Notes under the pieces: model-generated
Told to the model about the DNA's origin: nothing
Database searches by the model: none
The model's input: the letters and a program-made list of their open reading frames with translations, nothing else
Position numbers and translations under genes: made by a program
DNA from: Verrucomicrobiota bacterium
Lineage (GTDB): Bacteria > Verrucomicrobiota > Verrucomicrobiia > Limisphaerales > UBA1096
Reading direction: 5' to 3'
DNA length: 64,000 bases
Assembly (NCBI GenBank): GCA_036166355.1
Contig: JAYZHR010000025.1
Location: forward strand, 131-64,130
Shown: positions 1-9,620 of the stretch, piece by piece
How positions within the stretch are numbered: the first letter of the stretch is position 1
Layout: each line of letters opens with the position of its first letter

Positions 1-407
1 GGTTAGGCCGCGGATTTATTGTGTTCATCGTTTTTATTACCTACATTATTTCAATCTTTAATCCCACTAGCGTATTCAATCTTGGCGTATGGTGTTTCAG
101 TGGATTTTCCGCATTATTTCCTATCGCCTTTGCATCAGTTTATTGGAAGCGTTTGACCAAGGCTGGAGTAATAGCGAGTGTTCTAGCTACAGCTGTTACT
201 TGGGCTTTGTTCATTTATGATGCGTTAGGAAATAAGGGGGAAAAGTGGTTTGGGGAAGTCCACGCAGGGGAATACCTCATTGCGGGAGTGATGCCAGTGA
301 CTTTCATTTGCTTGGCTTCTGTCGTTGCGTTGGTTGGAGTTTCGCTTTTTACAAAAGCACCAAGCCAAGCCACAATTGATCGCTTCTTCCCAATTAAGAA
401 AGCCTAA
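1..407 (+). CDS. sodium:solute symporter (SSS/SSF) family transporter, C-terminal fragment (5' end outside window)
   Basis: Frame 3 is open from the window edge to TAA at 405-407. The sequence is very hydrophobic with a helix-loop pattern. SVYWKRLTKAGVIASV resembles the conserved WKR-T-x-x-G-A helix of SSS transporters. Confidence 0.6.
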   Translation, partial: LGRGFIVFIVFITYIISIFNPTSVFNLGVWCFSGFSALFPIAFASVYWKRLTKAGVIASVLATAVTWALFIYDALGNKGEKWFGEVHAGEYLIAGVMPVTFICLASVVALVGVSLFTKAPSQATIDRFFPIKKA

Positions 408-440
408 TTTGTAATCGGTTATTTTTAACAACAATAATTA

Positions 441-1520
441 ATGTCTAACTTGGATCAAAATATTCAGGAGGCCAAGGCGCAGTTAGATGCGCATGCCGTG
501 GAAATAGTAAAATGGCATTTTTCGCCAGAAACGGGATCGCCATTCTGGCTGGACTGGGCGAAAGAAGCGGGCTGGAATCCGGCCGATGAGATCGGCAGCT
601 TCGATGATATTATATCGAAGTTTCCGCATTTTCAGGACGAGTGGCTGCGTGACATGCCAAACGAGGTATGGAGGCCTAAGGCTTACGAAGGTCGGCCATT
701 TAGCATTTTTGAAACTGGGGGAACCACTGGTATGCCCAAGCAACGTATTGGCTGGGAGGACTACAAGATTGATTATAGCGAATTTTCCGAGACGCTAAAA
801 GATGAACACTTTCCTCGGGACCATTACTGGATGATGGTTGGGCCGACTGGGCCTCGTCGTTTGCGGTTATCTATAGAGCACCTAGCAAATGTTAGAGGTT
901 GTTCGACGTATTTCGTTGATCTCGATCCACGATGGGTGAAGCGCCTTATAGCGAGCAAACAGTTTGATCAGGCTCGTGCGTATATGGACCACGTGATCGA
1001 TCAAGCCATTACAATCCTCAAGAACCGAAAAGTAAGCGCACTTTTTACCACGCCTAAGTTACTCGAAGCCATGGCTGAGCGTATGGACTTAATAAAAGCA
1101 GGTATAAAAGGAGTGTTCTGCGGGGGAACGACAATGGATCAGCAATACACGCGTTTTTTAGTTGAAGAGGTTTGCGAAAACCAAATCGGTTTTGTTCCAA
1201 CTTACGGCAATACCCTTATGGGATTGGCTCGTCATCGCCCGTTCGGCCCAGAGAATGATTACTCGATTACCTATCATGCGCCTCAGCCGCGCGCGGTTTT
1301 GAGAGTCGTAGATCCAAAGAAGACGGAAGATCTTGTCGACTATGATGCATGGGGAAGAGTGGAGCTTACCACGCTTACCAAGGAATTTTTCATGCCAAGA
1401 TTTCTTGAGAGGGATGAGGCAATCCGTCGTTCGCCCTGGGATGATTGTCCTTGGGATGGGGTGGCAGAGGTCCGTCCGTTTGGGGCAATGGAGAAAAAAA
1501 TTGTTGAAGGAGTTTACTAA
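441..1520 (+). CDS. adenylate-forming enzyme of the ANL superfamily (PaaK / coenzyme F390 synthetase / LuxE-like)
   Basis: 359-aa ORF. FETGGTTGMPK matches the ANL phosphate-binding loop (T/S-G-G-T-T-G-x-P-K), and PTYGNT is a YGxTE-like motif. The short size is typical of PaaK/LuxE-type enzymes. Its stop at 1518-1520 is 1 nt from the next ATG. Confidence 0.55.
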   Translation: MSNLDQNIQEAKAQLDAHAVEIVKWHFSPETGSPFWLDWAKEAGWNPADEIGSFDDIISKFPHFQDEWLRDMPNEVWRPKAYEGRPFSIFETGGTTGMPKQRIGWEDYKIDYSEFSETLKDEHFPRDHYWMMVGPTGPRRLRLSIEHLANVRGCSTYFVDLDPRWVKRLIASKQFDQARAYMDHVIDQAITILKNRKVSALFTTPKLLEAMAERMDLIKAGIKGVFCGGTTMDQQYTRFLVEEVCENQIGFVPTYGNTLMGLARHRPFGPENDYSITYHAPQPRAVLRVVDPKKTEDLVDYDAWGRVELTTLTKEFFMPRFLERDEAIRRSPWDDCPWDGVAEVRPFGAMEKKIVEGVY

Positions 1521-1521
1521 A

Positions 1522-2958
1522 ATGACGACACCGCATATTCCATGCCTACGATTAGGGGATCCGTATGTGAGCCTTAATAAGATTGAGGTGACCGATTATC
1601 GTAGCGGGGATACCAAAGCTACGGTAAGTCAGGTAAATGCTGGGGTTGTTCGCCGTGACTTGCAGCGTATTGATGAGGCCAGAGAGGCATTGCGTAAATT
1701 TTCAACAGCAGAACTAGTTGAGATCGGGGCGAAGGCCGGAGAGATTTTCCTGAAAGGAGAAGTGCAGATTGGCGTAGAGGGAGAGATGCAATCACCTCAG
1801 CAATATGTAGAGACACTCTCTTCAACCAGCGGGCTTCCACACATTATGGTTAAACGTAATATGGATAAGATTCATTACGCATTAACCAATATGCAGTTGG
1901 TCCTCAATGGGCTAACACGAGGGATTGATTTGTCTATTCTAGACGCTGGAGTCGGAGAACAGTTTGGGACTCAGGTATGTTTTTACCCAACATCCAAAGC
2001 GTTGGGATTAGTGATGCCCAGCAATTCCCCGGCTGTTAACTCACTATGGTTGCCGGCTATTGCCCTTAAGACTCCAATAGTAATGAAACCAGGAAGAGAT
2101 GAGCCGTGGACCCCATACCGGCTTATTCAATCCTTTATCCAGGCTGGGTGTCCTAAAGAAGCATTTAGTTTTTATCCGACTGATTATGAGGGGGCTTCAG
2201 ATATTTTGAATCGTTGTGGGCGGGCTTTAATTTTTGGAGATAAAAGCACAACCGATCAATATGCAAATAATCCCGCTATACAAATTCATGGTCCGGGATG
2301 GAGCAAGATTCTTATAGGGGAAGATGAAATTGAAAACTGGAGAGATCATATTGATCTAATCGCAGGTTCGATTGCGGATAATGGCGGGCGCTCTTGTGTG
2401 AATGCGTCAGCAGTAGTTGTACCAAAGTACGGCCGTGAGATTGCTGATGCTCTTGCTCAGAAACTAGGTCCGGTTAAGCCGACAACGGTGGATGATCCGG
2501 ATGCCAAGCTTTCTGGATTTGCTAATCCCAAAATGGGAGAGTGGATCGATGGAGCTATTGATGCAGATCTTTTAGAAGCCGGCTGTGAAGAGATGACAGC
2601 TAAATATAGAGATGGCGATCGAAAAGTAATAACTGACGGGGGCACTTACCTAAGGCCCACCATAGTTTATTGTGAGTCGTTTGATCATCCTTTAGCAAAC
2701 CGCGAATTCCTCTGTCCTTATGCCAGTGTAGTGGAGGTGCCTCAATCAGAAATGCTGAACCAGATGGGGGAGTCTTTGGTTGTCACCGCGATAACCGGCG
2801 ATAAGAAATTTCACGAAGAGTTGTTAGCCTCCCCGCTAATTGAAAGGCTCAACTTAGGGCCGATTTCCACCATGAAAATTTCATGGGACCAGCCGCATGA
2901 AGGGAACATGTTTGAATTTCTTTATAAGCGACGCTCGATAGGCATTTTAGCTGCCTGA
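1522..2958 (+). CDS. aldehyde dehydrogenase superfamily protein (possibly LuxC-like acyl-CoA/acyl-adenylate reductase)
   Basis: Track ORF 1333-2958 trimmed to the in-frame ATG at 1522, 1 nt after the upstream stop; the longer form overlaps the previous gene by 188 nt. ALDH-like length (478 aa) and patterns are present: PSNSPAVNSLWLPAIALKTPIVMKPG and a Cys region NGGRSCVNASAVVV. Confidence 0.6.
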   Translation: MTTPHIPCLRLGDPYVSLNKIEVTDYRSGDTKATVSQVNAGVVRRDLQRIDEAREALRKFSTAELVEIGAKAGEIFLKGEVQIGVEGEMQSPQQYVETLSSTSGLPHIMVKRNMDKIHYALTNMQLVLNGLTRGIDLSILDAGVGEQFGTQVCFYPTSKALGLVMPSNSPAVNSLWLPAIALKTPIVMKPGRDEPWTPYRLIQSFIQAGCPKEAFSFYPTDYEGASDILNRCGRALIFGDKSTTDQYANNPAIQIHGPGWSKILIGEDEIENWRDHIDLIAGSIADNGGRSCVNASAVVVPKYGREIADALAQKLGPVKPTTVDDPDAKLSGFANPKMGEWIDGAIDADLLEAGCEEMTAKYRDGDRKVITDGGTYLRPTIVYCESFDHPLANREFLCPYASVVEVPQSEMLNQMGESLVVTAITGDKKFHEELLASPLIERLNLGPISTMKISWDQPHEGNMFEFLYKRRSIGILAA

Positions 2959-2970
2959 TTTTGTACGGAT

Positions 2971-4365
2971 TTAAACTTCGAACGATTCGTTCAGCTCAGG
3001 AACAACTACGTCAGCTTTTGGCTTAATACTCCGTAGAGTATCTGCAAAGGCCTGGCTGGAAGCTTCTTCGCCGTGGACCACAAAGATATTTTCAATGTTT
3101 CCTGTCAGTGACTTAACGTATTGAGACAGTTCATTTTTGTCAGCATGGCCGGAGAATCCGTCGAAGCTGGCTATTTTGGCTTTAACTTCATAGGGCTCTC
3201 CAAAGATATACACCGGATCTATCCCTGCTCGAATCACAGATCCCAGAGTGTTGTAGGCGCAGTATCCCACAAATAGAATCAGATCCTTTGGATCGCTTAT
3301 ATTGTTTTTTAAATGGTGGCGGATTCGCCCGGCTTCGCACATGCCGCTAGAGCTGATAATAATCGCTGGACCGTCAAGGTCATTCAACTTGATGGACTCG
3401 GAGGCCTTTCTAATGTACGTAAGATTATCCATCCCAAACGGATTATCTTTTTCTCTAAGAAATTTATATATATCCCGATTAAAACATTCAGGATGCAGGC
3501 GAAATACCTCCGTGGCATTTACACTGAGTGGGCTATCTACATAAATTGGGAAGTCGGGGAGCTTTCCTGCATCAACCAGCTGATGCAACGTGTAGACTAG
3601 CAATTGAGTTCGCCCTACAGAAAATGCAGGAATGATTACTTTTCCTCCTCCATTTAACGTTCCAGAAAGTAATGATTCTATTTCGTCTGATATTCCAGAT
3701 TGTGCAGTGTGACTGCGATTGCCATAGGTGCTTTCAACGAGCAAAACATCGACGTCCTTTACAGGTTGAGGGTCACGCAAAATAGCATGGTTGCCTCTCC
3801 CAATATCACCACTGAATAGCAGGCGTCTGGATTTATTATTTTCTTCAATATCAAGAATAACTTGGGCGGATCCAAGAATGTGACCAGCATCGCGAAAGGT
3901 TAGATTAATATCGTTGCCTACCGGAATGGGACGATCATATCCCAGCGCAACAAACTGGCGCACGGCCCTTTCTGCATCTTCTGGAGTGTAAAGAGGCTCT
4001 ACCGGAGGCAGCCCCTTTTTTTTATGTTTTTTAGAAACATAAGCGGCATCTGCCATCTGTATTTCCGCGGAATCTTCAAGCATAATTGCTGCTAGATCTC
4101 TAGTGGCGAAAGTGCAGTAGACATTTCCCTCGAATCCTTGTTTGTACAAATTTGGGAGATTCCCAATGTGATCAATATGCGCGTGGCTTAAGATAACTGC
4201 GTCAACGGATTTAGGGTCGAATGGGAAATTTTGATTTCGTTCTATGGATTCCTGCCTTTTCCCTTGAAACAAACCGCAATCCAATAGTAATCGGATTCCA
4301 TTCACTTCTAACAAGTGTTGAGACCCGGTTGTAGTTCGAACCGCCCCATGAAAAGAAATCTTCAC
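2971..4365 (-). CDS. MBL-fold metallo-hydrolase with beta-CASP / RNA-specificity domain (RNase J / CPSF-like)
   Basis: 464 aa. HxHxDH motif in LSHAHIDHIGNLP, then DAGHILGSA, and a late His motif FSGHADKNEL typical of beta-CASP nucleases. Confidence 0.8.
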   Translation of the reverse strand: MKISFHGAVRTTTGSQHLLEVNGIRLLLDCGLFQGKRQESIERNQNFPFDPKSVDAVILSHAHIDHIGNLPNLYKQGFEGNVYCTFATRDLAAIMLEDSAEIQMADAAYVSKKHKKKGLPPVEPLYTPEDAERAVRQFVALGYDRPIPVGNDINLTFRDAGHILGSAQVILDIEENNKSRRLLFSGDIGRGNHAILRDPQPVKDVDVLLVESTYGNRSHTAQSGISDEIESLLSGTLNGGGKVIIPAFSVGRTQLLVYTLHQLVDAGKLPDFPIYVDSPLSVNATEVFRLHPECFNRDIYKFLREKDNPFGMDNLTYIRKASESIKLNDLDGPAIIISSSGMCEAGRIRHHLKNNISDPKDLILFVGYCAYNTLGSVIRAGIDPVYIFGEPYEVKAKIASFDGFSGHADKNELSQYVKSLTGNIENIFVVHGEEASSQAFADTLRSIKPKADVVVPELNESFEV

Positions 4366-4572
4366 GCCAAGAGATTGGCTAAGGCGACAATTCAGTGCAA
4401 TTATTTAAAATGGATGATATTATCTTTTCATAGGCCCTTCTTATTGCTGTTTGAAATACAAGAAGTAGCAGAAGGGTAGCTGAATGTTTTTCTTTGCTGT
4501 GAACAAAATAAACTGGTTCAGCACCGCGCTAGGCCTGAGAATGCCGGTGCGCCCACAATTGTGTGCGAAAGA

Positions 4573-4812
4573 ATGAAAGCCAAAATTGTCATTACCCCTA
4601 AGAAGGCAGTGCTCGATCCACAGGGGAAAACGGTTCAGGCCGCGTTAGAGCAAATGGGTTATAAAGGCGTCACGGACGTTCATGTAGGAAAGTATCTTGA
4701 GATCGAGTTGGAGGGGAACGATGTCGAAGCGTGGAAGCCTAAAATTGACGAAGCCTGCCATAAGCTATTTAGTAATCCTGTTATTGAGGATTATCATTTC
4801 ACTATAGAATAG
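4573..4812 (+). CDS. purS: phosphoribosylformylglycinamidine synthase subunit PurS
   Basis: [30 protein letters not shown]... is a typical ~80-aa PurS and sits directly upstream of purQ with a 2-nt gap. The ATG at 4573 is preferred over the GTG at 4561. Confidence 0.85.
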   Translation: MKAKIVITPKKAVLDPQGKTVQAALEQMGYKGVTDVHVGKYLEIELEGNDVEAWKPKIDEACHKLFSNPVIEDYHFTIE

Positions 4813-4814
4813 CC

Positions 4815-5540
4815 ATGCATTTCGCCGTACTTCAGTTTCCAGGATCAAATTGTGATCAGGATTGCGTACACGTATTGACCAATGTGCTTGGGCAGCAAGC
4901 CGACTATCTTTGGCATAAAGAAGAGTCGCTGGGAGGAGCTGATGCAGTAGTTGTCCCTGGAGGATTTAGTTATGGGGACTATCTGCGAACAGGATCGATT
5001 GCGCAGTTTAGTCCTGTAATGAACGCAGTAAAAAAGTTTGCAAATGACGGAGGGCTTGTAATCGGAATTTGTAATGGTTTCCAAATACTTTGTGAAACTG
5101 GCCTTTTGCCTGGAGCTTTGGTTCGAAATCGATCCTTACAGTTCCGTTGTGAGCAGGTATACCTAAAAGTCCCTACGCAGAATTCGCCTTTCACACGGCA
5201 GATTGAAACCGAAGGAGTGATACGGATTCCTATTGCCCATGGAGAGGGATGTTATTTTGCAGATGATGAGGCCTTGGAAAAATTGAGAGCTAATGATCAG
5301 ATTCTTTTTCAATATGCGTCGGCAGACGGGGAGATTACCGATGCTGCTAATCCCAATGGTTCGTTATTGAATATAGCAGGCATTTGCAATGAGAGCCGAA
5401 ATATTTGCGGGATGATGCCTCATCCGGAAAGGGCAAGTGAAAGTATTCTTGGAGAAGAAGATGGGCTCAAAATTTTTGAGGGAATGTTGCTTCAATTTGA
5501 AGGGGTTCCAATAAGCCAAGAATCAGAAACAGTTGTTTAA
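4815..5540 (+). CDS. purQ: phosphoribosylformylglycinamidine synthase I, glutaminase subunit PurQ
   Basis: The class-I glutamine amidotransferase nucleophile elbow GICNGFQIL and the C-terminal MMPHPER are both characteristic of PurQ. Adjacent to purS. Confidence 0.9.
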   Translation: MHFAVLQFPGSNCDQDCVHVLTNVLGQQADYLWHKEESLGGADAVVVPGGFSYGDYLRTGSIAQFSPVMNAVKKFANDGGLVIGICNGFQILCETGLLPGALVRNRSLQFRCEQVYLKVPTQNSPFTRQIETEGVIRIPIAHGEGCYFADDEALEKLRANDQILFQYASADGEITDAANPNGSLLNIAGICNESRNICGMMPHPERASESILGEEDGLKIFEGMLLQFEGVPISQESETVV

Positions 5541-5666
5541 CAGGGCGAATTATTAATCAAAATAGATTTTTTGGGTAATTTTCAGAGATTGCTTTAGTTA
5601 AAAAAAAGATTAGATTTGCGGGCTATCGACCCGTGGCGTCCCCCTCCCATCCAGCCATGGGTCGTA

Positions 5667-5714
5667 GGCCGTCGGCAAACTCCACACCCATCCCCTTGCC
5701 GGCGGCCGTTTTTT
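5667..5714 (+). terminator. intrinsic terminator (12-bp GC-rich stem + U-tract)
   Basis: GGCCGTCGGCAA (5667-5678) pairs with TTGCCGGCGGCC (5696-5707) with one G-U pair and a 17-nt loop, followed by GTTTTTT (5708-5714). The U-tract overlaps the stop codon of the convergent gene. Confidence 0.55.
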
Positions 5715-6558
5715 ATTCGAGTTTTTTTATCGTAAGTGCTTCGTCAGCAATGGCATCAAGGTGCTTAAAGCCCGGCGCCATAATTCCGCGCCAGATCCCT
5801 ATTCCTAGTATGGTTCCTATTATGGCATCCCATATGAAATGTTGTTTTGTGGTTAGTACACTTATAAACAGACCAAACCATGCTGGCCAAAGTAGCCAAA
5901 CAGCCCAATTCCAACCTCTTTGTAGCCACCAGCGCGCGACGCCAACAGCTATTATAAAGCTTTGGGCGATGTGTAGGCATGGCCAAGCATTAAAAGGTTT
6001 ATCGAGCGCATGGAAAGAAGTGAACAAAAAATTATACATGGATGACATCTCCTCGAGATTTAACTGCCACCGCAAATCAATATGAGCAGGGAAAAAGAAA
6101 AAAAAGGGAAATGCAATCCAGCTTGATAGAGCCCAGCCCTGAGCCACGACCAATGATTCCGCTCTTCCTCGATCATTCTTTTTTGCTGCATAAAACCCGA
6201 AGTAGTAAACGAACAGAGATATGTAAAACCAAATTGACCAGTCAACTACCGGGATTTTGTAATCTAAATATCGCCCTTCACTATCTTTGAATAGTGATTT
6301 TGGATCCCAAACAGTTCTTTCATCCTTGGGGGAGAATTTAAGTTCCGCTCGTTGTGTGATTGTTTCTTCATCAAGGGGAGGCTGATCTGGCCAAGCAGCT
6401 AAGCGATTAAATAGCATGTACGGACTGGCGAGAATCAAGACCCAAAAAAGTAATAGTCCGGGATAAAGAAATCCGTTCGCTTTATGCCGTAATTTCCAGA
6501 CCGGGCTCCAAAGTTTCCAAAACCGGGCTCCAAAGGGAATAGGAGAAGACTCGCTCAC
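5713..6558 (-). CDS. PAP2-superfamily integral membrane protein (Aur1/IPC-synthase or sphingomyelin-synthase-like PAP2 branch)
   Basis: Multi-TM 281-aa protein. PCLHIAQS occupies the PSGH-type motif position, and TTKQHFIWDAIIG carries the H-x3-D motif of PAP2 phosphotransferases/phosphatases. Confidence 0.5.
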   Translation of the reverse strand: MSESSPIPFGARFWKLWSPVWKLRHKANGFLYPGLLLFWVLILASPYMLFNRLAAWPDQPPLDEETITQRAELKFSPKDERTVWDPKSLFKDSEGRYLDYKIPVVDWSIWFYISLFVYYFGFYAAKKNDRGRAESLVVAQGWALSSWIAFPFFFFFPAHIDLRWQLNLEEMSSMYNFLFTSFHALDKPFNAWPCLHIAQSFIIAVGVARWWLQRGWNWAVWLLWPAWFGLFISVLTTKQHFIWDAIIGTILGIGIWRGIMAPGFKHLDAIADEALTIKKLE

Positions 6559-6574
6559 AAGGTCAATATTTTGA

Positions 6575-8029
6575 TTATAAGCGTCCGGATGAGCGTTGGC
6601 CGCTCCCTTTTCGTCCTTGGTCTCCTAACTCCTTCCGCATGACTTCCCCAAGTTTTAGTAATTTAGCAACTATTTTAGGGTGTTCAGCTTTGACATCTGT
6701 TGTTTCGCCTATGTCCTTGTGTAGATTAAAGAGTGCCAAACCAATTTTATCTTGGCTGTATTTTGTTGGAATGCCTCCTGTTCCGCCAGGTTTACCAGCC
6801 ATGGTTCGGTAACTATGCGGGAAGTGTAGTTTCCATTTCCCCATACGAATTGCCTGCAACTGTTGCCCGTAGTAAAAGTAATAAGCTTCTTGTGGGCTTT
6901 CATCATTTTTTCCGGTAACCAGATTTAAAATGCTTTTGCCATCAATCTTATGATTTGGAAGCTGGGCGTCTATTATCTCCGCGACGGTTGGTAAAATGTC
7001 GATTGTCATTGCAGGAGTGCTGCAAACGCTGTTCGCAGGAACCGTGTCAGGCCACCACATTAGGGTGCTCTCCCGACATCCTCCATCAAACATGGTGCCT
7101 TTCCCTTCTCGAAGGGGGCCAGCTGAGCCGGCATGATCGCCGTAGCTAAGCCATGGTCCATTATCGCTCGTGAAAATAACTAGGGTGTCTTTGTCTAAGT
7201 TGTGTTTGCGCAAAGTATTAAGAATTTGGCCAACGCTCCAGTCGACTTCCATCATTACATCCCCGAATAGGCCAGATTTACTTTTTCCCTTAAATTTGTC
7301 TGATACAAATAAGGGGACATGAACCATTGAGTGTGGGACATATAGGAAAAAAGGATTGTCTTTGTTCTTTTCTATAAATTTTACAGCACGCTCTGTGTAC
7401 TGTGTTGTCAATTGTTCCTGATCCTTTCCTGAAACCTGAGGGTTAATTATTTCGTTTTTGTCTATTAATGGAAGATGTGGCCATCGCTTTAGTCTTTCGC
7501 TCATGGGCAAATGAAGAACGTTTGGGTGATATGGCCACATGTCATTGGAATAAGGCAGGCCAAAATAATCATCAAACCCATGTTGCATAGGAAGAAAAGG
7601 TTTATGGTGTCCAAGGTGCCACTTGCCGTAGATCGCGGTTGCATAGCCTTTTTGTTTGCACAATTCAGCTATTGTTAATTCATTTTTATTAAGGCCATGA
7701 TTTGACTTGGGGCCAAGAGCGCCAAAAATACCTACTCGCACGTTATAGCAGCCAGTCAGTAACCCAGCGCGTGAGGCGCTACATACAGCTTGAGTGACAT
7801 AAAAGTCAGTAAATTTACGTCCTTCTTTGGCCATCCGGTCAAGGTGTGGTGTGGGGTATGCTTTGGCCCCAAATGGGCCAATGTCAGCGTATGCCATGTC
7901 ATCCATAAAAATAACAACGACATTTGGAGATTTGTTTTTAGCTGCAATAACTTGTGACGGAATTACCAAATTCCCAATTATGGCAGCAAAAAGGCTGCTA
8001 AATACTATGGTTCTTATTAGTAAATTCAT
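6575..8029 (-). CDS. secreted sulfatase (arylsulfatase A-like, Cys-type)
   Basis: Signal peptide. [17 protein letters not shown] metal-binding start, the formylglycine motif [11 protein letters not shown] (C-x-A-x-R), and GKWHLG. Confidence 0.85.
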   Translation of the reverse strand: MNLLIRTIVFSSLFAAIIGNLVIPSQVIAAKNKSPNVVVIFMDDMAYADIGPFGAKAYPTPHLDRMAKEGRKFTDFYVTQAVCSASRAGLLTGCYNVRVGIFGALGPKSNHGLNKNELTIAELCKQKGYATAIYGKWHLGHHKPFLPMQHGFDDYFGLPYSNDMWPYHPNVLHLPMSERLKRWPHLPLIDKNEIINPQVSGKDQEQLTTQYTERAVKFIEKNKDNPFFLYVPHSMVHVPLFVSDKFKGKSKSGLFGDVMMEVDWSVGQILNTLRKHNLDKDTLVIFTSDNGPWLSYGDHAGSAGPLREGKGTMFDGGCRESTLMWWPDTVPANSVCSTPAMTIDILPTVAEIIDAQLPNHKIDGKSILNLVTGKNDESPQEAYYFYYGQQLQAIRMGKWKLHFPHSYRTMAGKPGGTGGIPTKYSQDKIGLALFNLHKDIGETTDVKAEHPKIVAKLLKLGEVMRKELGDQGRKGSGQRSSGRL

Positions 8030-8099
8030 ATGGCGAAGGAGCCTTTCGTAAATAGTGATGCTTGACCAGTTGATTTGTTCTTAAGATAGATCATAGAAG

Positions 8100-9608
8100 C
8101 TACTTTTTTTTCTGTTTGTAATATTCACGAAGGAATTCTGTCATTTTTACTTTATCAGGACGCGGGCGTATGCGCACCGGTAGAGCTTGGCCGTCTTCAC
8201 GGCCAAATTCATCAAGAGTACGAAATTCAGGCATAACGTCAGAGGTTTGATTTTGCCATTTACCAAGGACTTTACGAAATCTTTCCAAATGGTGTGTGTG
8301 TGTCGGCGAGGAGGCCAGATTGCTTAATTCAAATGGATCGTTTAGGACATCATACAATTCCTCTTTGGCTCGAGGGTGTGTGAATGTATTTTTTTGAGCA
8401 TGCGTCAGTTTTCCTTCATTATGGAGCCTGACCATTTCGCGGTAAGAAACAGAACGGACTACATCTGCTGGAGGTGAATTAGGAAGATCATTATAAAAAT
8501 TCCTTATGTATTTGTATTTTTTGTTTCGAACAGCTCGAACGCGGTCCTCGTAATCGTGCCAGTTTCTTTCGGCGAAGATATAGTCACGATGACTAAGCTT
8601 TGGATTGCGGAGTATGGGCAAGAAGCTGCGACCTTCAAAAATTGTGGGATTAGAGAGGCTAGCCAAGCGTAAAAAAGTCGGAGCTATGTCAATGGAACTG
8701 ATTAGACTGTCACTTTTGCTGCCAGGGGGAACTCTTCCAGCCCAGTGAACTATGAAAGGAGTTTTAATGCCGCTATCATAAAGTGTTGTTTTATCTCTAG
8801 GGAAAGGGCGGCCGTTGTCGCTCATAAATAAAATGAATGTATTATCCAAGACATTTTGCTTTTGCAGTTCCTCAATGACTTTTCCCACGTAGCGATCGAG
8901 CCTTGTAATTTCGTCGTAGTATAAAGCGTAGTCTCGCCGGCTTTTTAGTGTGTCTGCGACATAAGGAGGCATCCGTACATCTTTAGGTTTGTGCGGGTTC
9001 TTTAAAATGCCTTCATCATAATCTCTGTGCGGGTCAAGAGCTGCTAACCAAGCGAATAAAGGCTTATCTTTTGGGCGATTCTTGAGCACGGGAACCCATT
9101 GATCACATCCACTCCTTGCATCACCTGTTACCGTTTGAATTATTTTTCCTTCTTTAGCTGCTTTACCCGTGGGGAGTTGGAAACCAGAAACGTCGGCTTC
9201 GCGAACTTCATTGAATCGATCCTTCACATAATTGCCGAGATGCCACTTGCCTGCTGCTACCGTCCAATATCCAGAGGCTTTGAGTAGTTCGACAAATGTC
9301 AAGCGATTGGCTGGCAGTGGCCAGTGTAACTGTTCGGCATCGGTTTGATGTGGATATGTGCTGGTTATTATACTCGCACGACTGGGGCTACATGAGCTGA
9401 TTGTAAGGAATGCGTTAGTAAAACGCATTCCGTTTTTGGCCAAGCGGTCTATATTTGGGGTGCGGACACTAGGGTTCCCGGCACAGCCTAAGTCGTCCCA
9501 GGCCATGTCGTCCGCTATGATGAGCACTATGTTGGGACGCTTGTCAGTCTTTCCCAGTACTGTAGCGAATAAGCATATTAGAGCAAAAGAGCATATAAAA
9601 CGGCGCAT
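8100..9608 (-). CDS. secreted sulfatase (Cys-type)
   Basis: Signal peptide. PNIVLIIADDMAWDDLG, the formylglycine motif CSPSRASIITS, and GKWHLG. Confidence 0.85.
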   Translation of the reverse strand: MRRFICSFALICLFATVLGKTDKRPNIVLIIADDMAWDDLGCAGNPSVRTPNIDRLAKNGMRFTNAFLTISSCSPSRASIITSTYPHQTDAEQLHWPLPANRLTFVELLKASGYWTVAAGKWHLGNYVKDRFNEVREADVSGFQLPTGKAAKEGKIIQTVTGDARSGCDQWVPVLKNRPKDKPLFAWLAALDPHRDYDEGILKNPHKPKDVRMPPYVADTLKSRRDYALYYDEITRLDRYVGKVIEELQKQNVLDNTFILFMSDNGRPFPRDKTTLYDSGIKTPFIVHWAGRVPPGSKSDSLISSIDIAPTFLRLASLSNPTIFEGRSFLPILRNPKLSHRDYIFAERNWHDYEDRVRAVRNKKYKYIRNFYNDLPNSPPADVVRSVSYREMVRLHNEGKLTHAQKNTFTHPRAKEELYDVLNDPFELSNLASSPTHTHHLERFRKVLGKWQNQTSDVMPEFRTLDEFGREDGQALPVRIRPRPDKVKMTEFLREYYKQKKK

Positions 9609-9620
9609 TTGTGCTAAAGA

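Noticed and set aside
1333-1521. N-terminal extension of the ALDH-like ORF as listed in the track (start at 1333).
   Set aside because: It overlaps the 3' end of the upstream gene by 188 nt in another frame. An ATG at 1522 lies 1 nt after that gene's stop, and the ALDH-like similarity starts there.
4511-4572. Possible ZTP or purine riboswitch, or an operator, in the purS leader. There is a hairpin GCACCG (4521-4526) / CGGTGC (4545-4550), an ACTGG...CCGGTGCGCC string, and a perfect 10-bp palindrome CACAATTGTG (4554-4563).
   Set aside because: The conserved ZTP elements as I remember them (GACUGGCG and CGCCUGGGC with its pseudoknot) are not matched; the sequence here reads ACUGGUU and CGCCCACAA. 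No purine-riboswitch core is visible. The stem is only 6 bp with an 18-nt loop. The palindrome could be a repressor site, but there is no supporting evidence. cmscan against Rfam would settle it.
5633-6085. 150-aa plus-strand ORF, rich in Pro, Ser and Ala.
   Set aside because: It lies antisense to the well-formed PAP2-like membrane protein gene. It has a low-complexity composition typical of a shadow ORF.
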